NCBI RefSeq assembly: GCF_036321535.1
Contig: NC_087436.1
Location: 116,810,001 to 116,874,000 of the forward strand
DNA: 64,000 nt
Reading direction: 5' to 3'
Source: Camelus dromedarius
Lineage: Eukaryota
Every line of letters begins with the position of its first letter. Position 1 is the stretch's first letter. The translations under genes were made by a program, and so were the position numbers. This document shows, in pieces, positions 1-11,470 of the stretch. The notes beneath the pieces were generated by a model. The model was not told the origin of the DNA and ran no database searches. It saw only the letters and a list, made by a program, of their open reading frames with translations.

Positions 1-821
1 ACATTTCATATTATTTTTCTTGGAATCATATTCTGACATTATCCGGAAACTGTCAGAGTTTGAGAACTTATCTTCCCTGAATATTGTTTTTTTTTTTTTC
101 ATTCCTAAAAATGGGTAAAAGTGGAAGTACTTATAAGATGTAAGTTGTTTGGGATGAACCATTAGCATTAGCCACAGATCCAGAAGAAATCATCTCTTTT
201 CAGATAAGGATAGCTGCAATAGTCAAAAATGGTGTGGCTCAGCATCCTAATGCTGAGAATAAAGGAGGCTAAAATGAGTTTGTCTTTGCCTTACATGTGA
301 ACCAAGCACAAACTCTAAACCAATATCCTCTAGGGTGAAAAGTACACCATATACAAGAATGAATTTATAACGAAATACAATAAACCAGCCAAGAAAAGAA
401 AGAGGGAATTATGCCTAGGTGGTTGAACATGTGTCTCTGGAAACACGAGCTTGCTTGAAAAGAAGCAAAAGAGAATTCCACATAATGCCATCAAAAGGCC
501 TTTCTACTAGTTTGCTTTTAGCCGAATTTAGATGTCAAAGAAATTAGAATCAGAGATGAGCTTAGAGTTAATCTGGTTGAGTACCCTCATTTTATGCAAA
601 GAATCCTAGCAAGAGAAGTAGCTCGCTCAAGGTCACAGAGCAAGCAGTCAGAGCCTAGACCAGAATCCAGTGTTTTGTCAACTGCAGCAATGTTTTCAAG
701 ATTTTCATACATTTGCAAGTATCTAAAGCTTTTTCTGCAAACTCCGCCTCCTGTTCCCTAATTTCCCACCCATCCAAACTGTACAATGTTTAGCGCAAAG
801 AAACATGAATTGATGGATGAT

Positions 822-849
822 ATTGCCCCCTAGTGGCAGAATACAGCAA
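822..849 (-). promoter_or_regulatory. CTCF motif, reverse orientation
   Basis: Minus strand reads TTGCTGTATTCTGCCACTAGGGGGCAAT: a consensus core plus an upstream-module-like TGCTGT. Confidence 0.7.
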
Positions 850-3336
850 CACAAAACTTTGCAAAAATGGAATTTGGCATCCTATAGATTATATCCTTAA
901 CAAAAATAAAACCTTTAGTCCACAGACCTAGAAATAATTAGAAGTAAATTTAAAATTACTCTCCTACCATTTTGGATTTAAATTTATTTCAATCACTGTC
1001 TCAAAATCAATAGAGGCATTGGTACAACATTCAGTTCAAAGGTAATGTTGTCAACTTTGGAAAATCTCTCATTAATGACACTACGGGACAGTATTTTGTC
1101 TCACCACCATTCAGAGAAAAGGAAAGGCATTTGACAGCTCTTTAATGTCCCTAGTACACTTTCCCATAGAGCAATATCAAGTAGCCACAAATAGAAGAAT
1201 TAAAAAAGGCAGCTGCAACACTGTAATGATAACTACCAGAGTAGAAGGTTCACTTTATTCAAATCATTTTGTGCCAGGGGATGGAGTCACATAAGACCTT
1301 AGACCGTGAGTTGGGTCTATACTAACTGTTGGGGGAACTCAAAAAAGTGCGTACGTATCAATTCTGCCTCAGAGGAAGAATTGTGTGTCCTAAGAAGGAT
1401 TCACAGAGCAAAGGACATTGGACTGAGGTGTAAAACAGGGGAGGTTAAACATTATTTTTGATGCACAGAAGCAACTTTAACGTGGTTGCATGAATGTTGG
1501 GCTTGGGGACCAGGAGCCCTGGGTTCTAATCCCAGTGCTACCGCTTTCCAAATTGAAATCTGCAAGGAACGTAACCTCTCCAAATGTAAGTTTCCATGTC
1601 TATAAAACAGAGGAAATGCACCTACATCATAAGACACTTGTCCATTTTAAAGGTGATAACCAGCCGAATCCTAGAGCACAGTTACTGATCCATGACGGAC
1701 CCTGGACAAAAGGATGTTGAACTGAACTGGTGATTTTCAGGATTCTTTCCTCCCTCTTTCACCCCCTGCCATCCTGCCTACACTGGGAAGTCGCCCTGCC
1801 TCTCCGTGTAGGCTGAAGGCACCTCATGCTCCATCTAGTTCGGTGTTAAGCATACACAGTAGACCTGCTGCCCGTGATTATCAACCACAAAGACCAAAGT
1901 TTAGTAAATGTTGTTTTCCCTGCAGCAAACACGTGGCACTGTGCTGAGTGCATAGTGGCTGCACAGTAAACACTCAATTATGCTAAAATTTAGCCCATTT
2001 GATTAAAATCATATTAGATAAGCATTGCCAGGGGTCTTAGAACCCCCTGGAGACAAACCTGTGACCCTCGGCCACACCTTCCCATTAGGCAGAGCATGGA
2101 AGGGGCAAGTCCAGAAGCCTGGTTGCTTCTGGCCCCATCTCTGTCGCTGCTCCTGAATTTAGGCAAATGATACTCCCCCGCTGGCCCTTAGTCTCCCACC
2201 TGTAGAAATGTGGTAGGACCCAGTGGTCTCTCACATGCTGTGAATCCATGGATATGGTTCATAAACACAAAGCCACCCAGTCCACTGCCCTCATCATCAC
2301 CCCTGAAGTCTTGGTCCTTCACGCCACCCTGCCTGCCCACCTCTCCTGCACTCCCTGGGACACCCAGGTCAGCAGAAAAGACGGCTCCCCGGGCATGTTC
2401 TGGAAAGATGCCGCTGTCCCACACCCATCACTAAAGCCCATCCTGCAACTGTCTCAGTGCCTGTTCCTAAGAAATTGCACTTTCAGATATTATTTGAGGA
2501 ATTGTTAAAACAAGCAGGTCCTCTCCCACACCCTTGGCTTTGCCTAACTTTATCCCTCCCCTACTCAAGCCAAAGAATACTTCCAGCAATTTATTGCTGT
2601 AATTAATTTCTGAAAGTTTCAGCAGACGTGGAGAGGTTTCCCAAACAGTCCTTGTCAAATCGGCACTAGCCCTTTGGATGATAAGTTGCTTCTTTGGACT
2701 CTTGTGCAATTAATCATCAGGACATGGAATCCTAATGGTTCGCTTTCATATACCATAAAACTCTTAGACGTAACAAGTACTGTGACTGAGGCCAAGTTTT
2801 ATCCAATTTTGTCCAGAGTCTGTTTCTCTAATTACAGAACATTATACTGATGGCCTGTTTCTGAACGTGCTAATTGTCATGCTCATTTATAGATAAAAGA
2901 TACTGCATATATTTAACACAAATTGAATAGTAGCTGATGGAAAAGCATGTATTACTTTATTTAATACTAACCATCCAAGGAACTACACTTCATTATCTGC
3001 ATTTTACAAACATGGAAACAAGCCCAGAACATTTAAATAATTTTCCCAAGATTACTCAGTGATAGAGGTAGGGTTAGAAGCCACCTAGAACTTAAATGAC
3101 TTCAAAGATCTCATTTGTGACCACTCTATTGTGTCACTGTCCCTTCTATCAAGAAACAAATTTGTGGACCTACATGTCTTCTTTTCCAACCATTCAAATC
3201 ACCAATGAGGATACCAGAGCTCAGAGAGGCCAAACAACTTGTATTAAGTCACACAGCACATTAGTAGTAGCCCCCAAACCAGATCACAAGCACTGGCAAA
3301 TATTTGACCTCTAAATCTCTGAAAAAAAATGTATGG

Positions 3337-4965
3337 GAACAAAGTTGGAGAACAGATGCTACCCAGCTTCAAGACTTTCTATAAAGCTACAATAATCAGC
3401 ACAGCGCGGTAGTGGTGAAAGACTAACAAATAGATCCGTGGAACAGAACAGAAGACCCAGAGACAGACCCCCATGTAGTCAACTAACCTTTGGCAAAGAA
3501 GCAAAGGTGATAACAGTGGAGTAAAGATAGCCTTTTCAACAAATGACGTTGGCACAACTGGACATCCACCTACAAAAAAAATACATGTAGATACAGACTT
3601 TCCACCCTTTGCAAAAATTAACTCAAAATGAATCATAGACCCAAATGAAAAGGCAAAACTATAAAAGTCATAGAAGATTACGTAGAAAACCTAGATAACC
3701 CTGGGTATGGTGGTGCCTTCTTAGCTACAACAACAAAGGCATGATCGATGGAAAAATACATAATTGAGAAGCCAACTTGATTAAAATGAAAGACTTTGGC
3801 TCTGCAAATGACAATATTAAGAGAATAAGAAGACAAGCCACAGACTGAGAGAGACTATTTGTGAAAGACACATCTGGTGGAAGGCTATTCTCCAAATATA
3901 CGAAGAACTCTGAAAATTAAACAGTAAGAAAACAAGCCACCCAATGGGGAAAAAAAAGCATCAAAGACCTCAACAGACACCTCACCAAAGAAGATGTACA
4001 GATGGCAAATAAGCCTATGAAGAGATGTTCCACATCATAAGTCATCAGGGAAATGCAAACTGAACAGTAATGAGATACCACTACACATCTATTAGAATGG
4101 CCCAAATCAAAACACAGACAACACCAAACACTGGTGAGGATGTGGAGAGACAGGAACTCTCATTCACTGCTGGTGGGGATGCAAAATAGTACGGCCACTT
4201 TGGAAGACAGTTTGTCAGTTTCTTGCAAAACTAAACATAGTCTTACCATGTGATCCAGCAACCACATTCCTTGCTATTTACAAAAGGACTTGAAATTTTA
4301 TGTCACAGAAAAACCTGCACACAGACATTATGGCAGCTTTATTCAGAATTGCCAAAACTTGGAAGAAACCAAGATGTCCTTCAGTGGCAGAATGGATCCA
4401 TAAACTACAGTCCATACAGACAGTGGAATATTACTCAGTGCTAAAAAGAAATGCACTATCAAAACATGAAAATGCGTGGGGAAAACTTAAATGCATATTA
4501 CTAAGCAAAAGAAGCTGATCTGAAAAGGCTACATTCTGTATGTTTCCAACTATATGACATCCTGGAAAAGGCAAAACTATGGAGGCAGTAAAAAGTTCAG
4601 TGATTGCCAAGGGTGTGATCTGAGGGAAGAGAGGACTATGTAGAGCACAGAGGATTTTTAGTGAAAACACTCTGTATGATGTTACAATGGTGGATTCAGG
4701 TCATTACACGTTTGTCCAAACCCACAGAATGTACACCACCAAGAGTGAGCCCTTAGGTAAACTACGGACTCTGGGTGATTATGATGTGTCAGTGTAGTTT
4801 CATCCTTGGTGAAAAACGCAACATTCTGGTAAGGGATGTTGATAAAAAGGAGGAGGCTCTGCATGTGTGGGGCCAGAGAATAAATGGGAAATCTCTGTAC
4901 CTTCCTTTCAATTCTGTTGTGAAGTTAAAACTGCTTTAAAAATTAGTCTTTATTTAAAAAAAGAA
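3337..4965 (+). mobile_element. Old L1 (L1MC-like), 3' end of ORF2 plus 3' UTR, degenerate
   Basis: ORF2 C-terminal remnants (AALFRIAKTWKKPRCPS..EWI). L1MC-type 3' UTR (cccacagaatgtacacca...ctctgtaccttcc...aaaactgct) and A-rich end. Confidence 0.85.
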
Positions 4966-4999
4966 AGTAATTTACCCACCACAGACATATTAAAGAAAA

Positions 5000-5755
5000 T
5001 ATTGGATCTCAAAAAAGTATGCATACACAGTTATAAATTTTACTGGTAAAAAGACGTGTAGCACACGATTTTAAAATAATAGAATATACAACAGTCTTAA
5101 TCGTCAGCTTCATACAGCCAACTGATTTTCACAGTGTTTTTGCTGATTTTTTTCCGCAAACTTTTGTATCTGTAGCCTAATGATGGGGACAATGGAGATA
5201 ATGACATGAACAACTTCTTAGCTGAGACAGATGACGGTTTTCCAATACTGGAAGTACACTCCCTCAGCCTGCCTTTTCACGGTGTAGCGGCAGAGGCCAC
5301 AGATCAACACCCTTATAAACTGAACGTGCTTTGTCAACATTGTCTCCATCTTTTTTTTTTTTTTTGCGTCTAGACAGCAGTAAAACAATAAATCAAACCC
5401 TGATTTGCAGCTTTTGCCAGTTTCCATGGTATAAATACTCCCCCTGTGGCAGAGTCCAAGCTACCAACATGATCATTGAACAAAGAGTTGGAAAGAGATA
5501 CCATTTTCCAGTATTTCCACCATAGACACCACAGAGGTAAATAACTTCAAGAGCATATTTAAATGTGATGGAGGAGTTAGGAAGCCGTGAGTTCTGAGCA
5601 TGTGTTACCTTTGTTTTTGATACAAGTGTACATTTACACAATTTATTTTTTAGTAATGGCTGTGTTTAACAACTGTATTGCCAAGTCCTGAAAATGTAAC
5701 AGTCAGTTCCTGGAAGCTGGTACCGGCCCCTCAACCCCAACCCGGAAACACCACC
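5000..5755. mobile_element. hAT-Tip100 DNA transposon relic (Arthur1-like)
   Basis: aatggctgtgtttaacaact...cctgaaaatgtaacagtc...gctggtaccggc resembles the remembered Arthur1 terminus. Confidence 0.55.
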
Positions 5756-6029
5756 ACAAACAGGTCTCACCTTCCTTCTTCTCCAGGAAGCTTTGCTTTA
5801 ATGTCACAGAACCCTTTGAGGTTGACAACTTCCTCATAAACTCACCCTGACAAGTTATGGAAGTAATAGTCAAACCAGGTCCAACAGATTCTACAGCCAG
5901 GCTTTTTCACCTGACTCCGTTTATCTCCCAAGAAGCAATGCGTTTTGCAGCGAAAGTGAAATCTATCTTGTCTCCAACGGAAGAGCGTCATGAGGACAGA
6001 GGCTGGGCAGGTGGTGCTAATGACACATG

Positions 6030-6048
6030 CGGCCACCAGATGGCGAGC
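6030..6048 (+). promoter_or_regulatory. CTCF motif, forward orientation
   Basis: CGGCCACCAGATGGCGAGC matches the CCACCAGRKGGCG core, in a locally CpG-retaining patch. Confidence 0.65.
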
Positions 6049-6889
6049 ACGCCCGCCTCCTCCTGGTGAAAGCTGCTTCGTTGAATTTCAAGATGAGCAA
6101 GACCTCAAAGAACAGCTGCCTGGGTCTTAGGTGACGGCGAACGTTTCACAGCATTCGGGGATGTTTGTGTCGCCCATCACGGGGGTAGACTGCCGTTTCC
6201 CCCTAACTGTCCATGAGACAATATTACCAGTAACAGTGGGTGTGCCTTAATGCCTGAAGTGCATTGACACGTTTACTACACACAGGAATTCCCATGAAGC
6301 GTGAGTAACCATTTCTTAGTTTCCCAGATGAGAAAACTCAGCCGTTCCTCCATCCAGTTGTTTATGTCATCGATACTTAATTGAGCACCTGCCGTGATCC
6401 TTCTGTAGTAAGTAGCAGAATCAAAACTCAATCAAACTTAAGGAACTCAGCTCCAAATCTCCTCTTCCATTATTCTATTCTCCCAAATGTCTGAGTTGTT
6501 GTTACTTTATGAAATGAATTCTATTTCCTCAAAAAAAAAAAAGCTGTTTGCATTTAATCTGGATTACGATCAAAGCTACATGACAGTAATGATGAGTTAC
6601 TTCTCCTGCGCGTCTAGTTTCTCTCACTTGTGGAGTTCTCACCCTGAAGTTCATGTCTACCTCTTAGTTTGTGGGGGTTTCAGTTACCTCAGCAACGAAC
6701 AAGGGAAGCACACCGGCATAGACTGCTGCTGGTAGGCATATGTGATAAGGCTGGAGCCCTCGGGATTCGTGCTGCTGCTGATAATATCATACAGAATTTT
6801 TTTTTAATGAGGGGGACTACTAACTGATGGCAGGGAAATCCTTATAATGAAGGCACAGGACACATGGACAGTGTATCAAAAGATGCAGA

Positions 6890-7330
6890 CGGTTAAAGCA
6901 AAGTTCTCACCAGAGCCTGTGAGACCCTGTGTGATCTGGGCACCCCCAACCCCACCACCTCTCAGATAGTGGTGCCCCCTGGTGCTCATCTGGCCTCAGG
7001 GCCTTTGCACTTGCTGTTCTATCAGGGGTATTCTTGCCCAGGTATTCTCATGGTGTGCTCCCTCAATTTCTTCAGGCCTCTGTTCTCACCACTCGTCCAC
7101 CAAGGGGGCTTCTAGGGTCTGCCTAAAACATAGTAGTCCCCCCCCATCTTTCACTCAGCCCACTTCAGTCTCCTTTGTAGCACTTGTCAGCACCGGCCAT
7201 CACATACTCTTGTTTCCTTATTTTCTGTCTCCTGCCTCTGGAATGTACGTTTACCTGGGAATAGCACCTTTTTTTTAGTATTATATTCCCCAATACCTAC
7301 ATCAATAAATATGTTAAAAATGAATCCATG
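6890..7330 (+). mobile_element. L2 3' fragment
   Basis: cctcagggcctttgcacttgctgttc ... caataaatatgttaaaaatgaat are typical L2 3'-end motifs. Confidence 0.7.
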
Positions 7331-8221
7331 CCCGACATACATTCTAGGCTCCATAATAAGTCAGTGAGAGAAAGGAAGATAAATGTCCTTTTCTAATGTC
7401 ACAGTCACTGAAGCCAATGGGATAGATGTCTCTGAAACAATCAGTGGAGTGTTCCTACTGAATTCCAGGTGCTTAATCTTTTTATTGAATTTTTTTCCAG
7501 TGAATTGAATTGATCCCCAGCAGATATGGTGGTACCTGTGAGAAAAGACCGCTTGGACACCTGACACTTAGCTTCACAGGGAAAGTCATCGACATAAGCA
7601 ATAAGACAGTTCCCCAGGGAACCCTGAGACAAAGCCAATACCCAATAAAATGAGGGGAAGTTAGTTTTTAGTTTTCTAATTTCGTGCCTTAAGAAAGCAG
7701 CCTGTGGCATGAGTTTTTCAGTCACATCATTGAACTAGCCGAAGATCTAATACTAACTAGACCGCTGCTGTTGCTGAAATACATCCGGGGTCATAGTATG
7801 TGTTTTCACGATGCTGGGAACATCTACGATTCCCGTCTGCCACCCGTGTTTGATTCATGCACAGAAGTCTACCCTGTTTAACAAGTGTTTTCCAAAACAG
7901 AAACAAAACAGGGAGAATGGTAATTCTGTTCAATGAAGTGGTTATTTTAGACCTAAAAGATCCCTTAAAATCATCCAGAACAGTATGTGTTTTGTTATAT
8001 TGTTTTTGGACAGCTGGATCTTTCCCCAAAAGAAATCTTAAGAGGAGATCACAAAACTAAAGCATTTAGCATGGTGCTGGGTATCTAATAAGATCTCAAC
8101 AAATATGAATTGCCATTAGCAACAAGACGATTCAAACAGGAGTGGTTTCCACTTAAACACGTGTAGAAATAGCTTGATGACATTTTCTATAAACTCACTG
8201 CTGTTCCTTCTTATGTTTTAG

Positions 8222-8247
8222 GAGACAAATCCACAAAGGGAAACAAG
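8222..8247 (+). CDS. CLNK: CLNK coding micro-exon (26 nt; probably orthologous to human exon 9), (G)DKSTKGNK
   Basis: ttatgttttag acceptor and gtaaga donor. Phase 1->0. Aligns to the remembered human segment GDASVRKNK. Confidence 0.85.
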
Positions 8248-8459
8248 GTAAGAAGAAGCATTAAAATGCATTTGTACCCACTCTTTACTTTAGAAGCATA
8301 GCAACGTGGACAGTGTGACGTCTTGGATGTCACTTGAAAAATAAATCCCAGAAGGTTGGTTGGAATTTGTCATTTCTATTTGTAAACCCCAAAACCGTCA
8401 ACCACGAGCTCTGCTCAAAGAACAATCAGTGTAATTTCTGATTCTCTTTCCTTTTGCAG

Positions 8460-8479
8460 AAGCCGGTGCCACCTCCTCG
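8460..8479 (+). CDS. CLNK: CLNK coding micro-exon (20 nt), KPVPPP(R)
   Basis: ctctttccttttgcag acceptor and gtaaga donor. Phase 0->2. Matches human IPLPPPR. Confidence 0.88.
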
Positions 8480-8819
8480 GTAAGACACTTGAAATAGAAT
8501 TTTGTCTTGCTATATACTTAAATGATTACTTCAAGAATTTGAAAAAGAGAAACATAAACATCTGACAGGAAAAAACTCCTATGAGCTGGTCAATGAATAA
8601 GATGAAACAAGCCTCATTCATCCATTTAATAGTTCGTTCATCCACAATCATCTGTCCAGTGGACCTTCACTCATCAGTCCTTAAGGAACACCTTGCTCCC
8701 CTGTTCCTTCCTGTTTCTCTCCTTTCTCTCAGTGCAGAATCTCTCCCTCCTTTTAGCACAGAAACCTGCCAGAGAGTATTGGCCCTGGGAAATGCCTTCC
8801 AGGGACTTAACCATAGAAG

Positions 8820-9350
8820 TATAGATTTATATAAGTACATATGTGTATAGATCATACAAATGCAAATCAGATGTTATACATGTAATAAACACATATGTAA
8901 ATATATAATATGTGTGTTATATATAAATTTATATATATAAATACATTTATATGTAACACATATATGTATAAATACATATTTATATATAAGGCATATACAT
9001 GTAACAAATACATATATAAATGCATGACATATGTAAATTTATATATGTATATATAAATGCAATTATATATAATAAATATATACATATAAGTACATATTTA
9101 TATATAATACACATATAAATACATATAAGACATATAATACAGATATAAATCAGATATAATACATGTAATAAACATATGTATAAATGTATAATGCATATAT
9201 AATAATATATAAATTTATATATGTATAAACACACAAATATATTTATATGTAACACATACACATATAAATACATATTTATATATAATACAGATATTTATAT
9301 ATGGTATATATGTACATGCAAATACTATTACACATATTACACGTATATCA
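8820..9350. repeat. Degenerate (TA)n-rich low-complexity tract with internal ~283-bp duplication
   Basis: Almost pure A/T alternation. aaatcagat..atacatgtaataaaca recurs at 8864 and 9147. Confidence 0.9.
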
Positions 9351-10007
9351 AGCAACAGACTTGATTGCTCGGCTCTGAGCGAGTCAGCCTCTCCACTGTT
9401 CTGCTTGGACCCCGTGAGCACGCCCGTCCCAGGGCTTACGCCTGGCTGGGGTCTTCGCACCACTCCTCCCTCTGCCCCCCCGAGAGGGAAGCATCTTGAG
9501 TCAAGCACCGTGTCTCTTTTCCCCTTTCTGCCCCGTCGGCACCCACCACCACCCACACTTTGTGGAGGGGTGAGGGGGTGGGTGAATATATGAGTGAGCG
9601 AGGCATTCATTGACTTTCTGGCATTGTCCTATTTCTTTGGGGAGATTAAAAAGCTCGTGTCTTCCAGTCTGGGGCAAATGAAAAGCTATAATCATATTTT
9701 CACCCCAAGCCTCCTAAAGCTCCAGCAGACGGCATGTGGATACACCTGTGACACCCTGGAGGAAGTTACGTCCCACTCTAGATGACAGAACCAGCCCCGA
9801 GAGCAAGGCGCAGGGACGGGGACGAGGCTGGTCGGAGGAATGACCGTTCTGATACTCGAGGCTCCTTGTAAAGCACTGAGCCCCCAGAAGGGATGTTTCC
9901 AACCCAGAGCTGGGGGCGTGTAGATTCGGGCAGGGAGGTGTGAGTTCTGGGTCTGAGGGGCCACCAGCATGACATACCTCAGGTTCCCCCTGTGACTTTC
10001 CACACAG

Positions 10008-10118
10008 GCCACCCATCACTCTTCCAAAGAAGTACCAGCCGCTGCCCCCCGAGCCGGCGAGCAGCAGGCCACCCTTCCCGCAGAAGCACACCTTTCCCGA
10101 AGCCCAGGGAGGGCCCAG
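10008..10118 (+). CDS. CLNK: CLNK coding exon (111 nt), proline-rich PPITLPKKYQPLPPEPASSRPPFPQKHTFPEAQGGP
   Basis: ttccacacag acceptor and gtgagg donor. Phase 2->2. Strong match to human PLITLPKKYQPLPPEPESSRPPLSQRHTFPEVQ. Confidence 0.95.
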
Positions 10119-11080
10119 GTGAGGGCTGGCTGTCACTGGTGGTGAGATGACCAGGGGACTGGTGGGGCAGGGGGAGGGCGGCAAGGACAAGCAGTCACCT
10201 CTCTGAACGGGTCCCCTAATGTGGTGGGGAGCCACCTGCACCTGGAGGGAAATCGTCCCAGGCACCTGTAGTCTGACTCCTTAACAGAAAACACACCTTC
10301 TTTGTAATGAAATAAGTTATTGGAAGAGTGGCTCCCATGCGACATAAATTAGTTATTAAAGAAAATATTAAATGCCAGGACTGAAAGGAAGGTCAGACTG
10401 TTTGAGGACCAACTCAGCCCCCCGTTTCCTATCTCCAGGATAGAGAAAGGTATAACCACGCGTGAAAACCCATTCATCAAAAATGCAATTTTTTTGACAA
10501 ATAAATATGAAAAAGCCAACCCTCTGGTATTAACTGCTGATGACAGAGCCCCACTCCGAGCGTGTGAGGCAGTGGGCAGCCAACTTCGATCACAAAATGT
10601 GACAAATACAAATGGGTATGTATCTTCTTTTCCCTAGAGAGTTTAAAGTTTGAAAATTACCTTATTTATACCTCAGAACAGAGATTGGCATTTCCCTCGT
10701 TTCTGCACAGAAGGAGTGGTGCCATCTCATCATAGCTGGTCAGCTGCGTGGGGTCAGCCGGTGGGGCCCAAGGCATTGCTGAGTTAGTAACCATTTCTCA
10801 TGGACACAAAATTCAAAATTTTGAGCTTCGATGGAAAATCCATTCACCCCAGGTTCTGATAGAGTATGTAAAAAGTCTAAAATGCCTCTTCCCTTTTCAT
10901 CCTTTATAGCCCGACACAAACATGCGTCTTCCCTGCAGAATCCCCTCCTGCCCTCCCTCCCTCCTCTGTCCTCTTCTCGACTGGCCGTGGCGTCAGAGAA
11001 GGGCCGAGAGTTCTCAAGTCTTAGTCCAAACTGCCCGGCCTGAAAGGCAGGGGCTCCTTCTCCTAACTGGCAGAGGTGGG

Positions 11081-11290
11081 CAGTGGTCTCAACTGGCGGC
11101 GACCTTGCCTCCAAGGAAGGCAGCAGTGTCTGGGGACATTTCTGTGGTGACCACATCGGTGGTGGGGATGCTACTGGCGTCTAGTGGGCAGAGGCAGGAA
11201 TGCTGCTGAACATCCCACGGTGCCCAGGACGGCCGCACAGCGAGGAGCTACAGACCAAGAGGTCAGTGGTGCAGAGGTCGGGAGACTCTG
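11081..11290 (+). mobile_element. MER20 (hAT-Charlie), near full length
   Basis: cagtggtctcaact...gtctggggacattt...tgctactggcgtctagtgggcagagg...tgctgctgaacatcc...gagactctg follows the MER20 consensus. Confidence 0.8.
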
Positions 11291-11470
11291 CCTTAGGGCA
11301 AGTGACTCACTTCTCGAAGCCCGAGGTTTTCCTCGGAGGTAAAGCGAGGATGATAATAACGCTTACCACGTCCCCCATGGGCTAATGTGAGAACTAAGTA
11401 AGATGATGTCTGTCACGTGCCTATCGGTGCCTGCCCAGCACATACTTCTAACCAGCATCAGTTGCATTTA
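11291..11470. mobile_element. MIR SINE fragment
   Basis: ggcaagtgactcacttctc...ttttcctc..taaa..ggatgataataa MIR core. Confidence 0.65.

Noticed and set aside
1..8221. Upstream CLNK exon (VDKPISKDVRSQNIK-like)
   Set aside because: No matching AG/GT-bounded segment found by eye. Presumed to lie upstream of the window.
8867..9273. Y/I/C-rich ORFs
   Set aside because: Translation of TA low-complexity DNA.
9714..10265. 183-aa antisense ORF
   Set aside because: GC-rich shadow of the CLNK proline-rich exon, with no recognisable domain.
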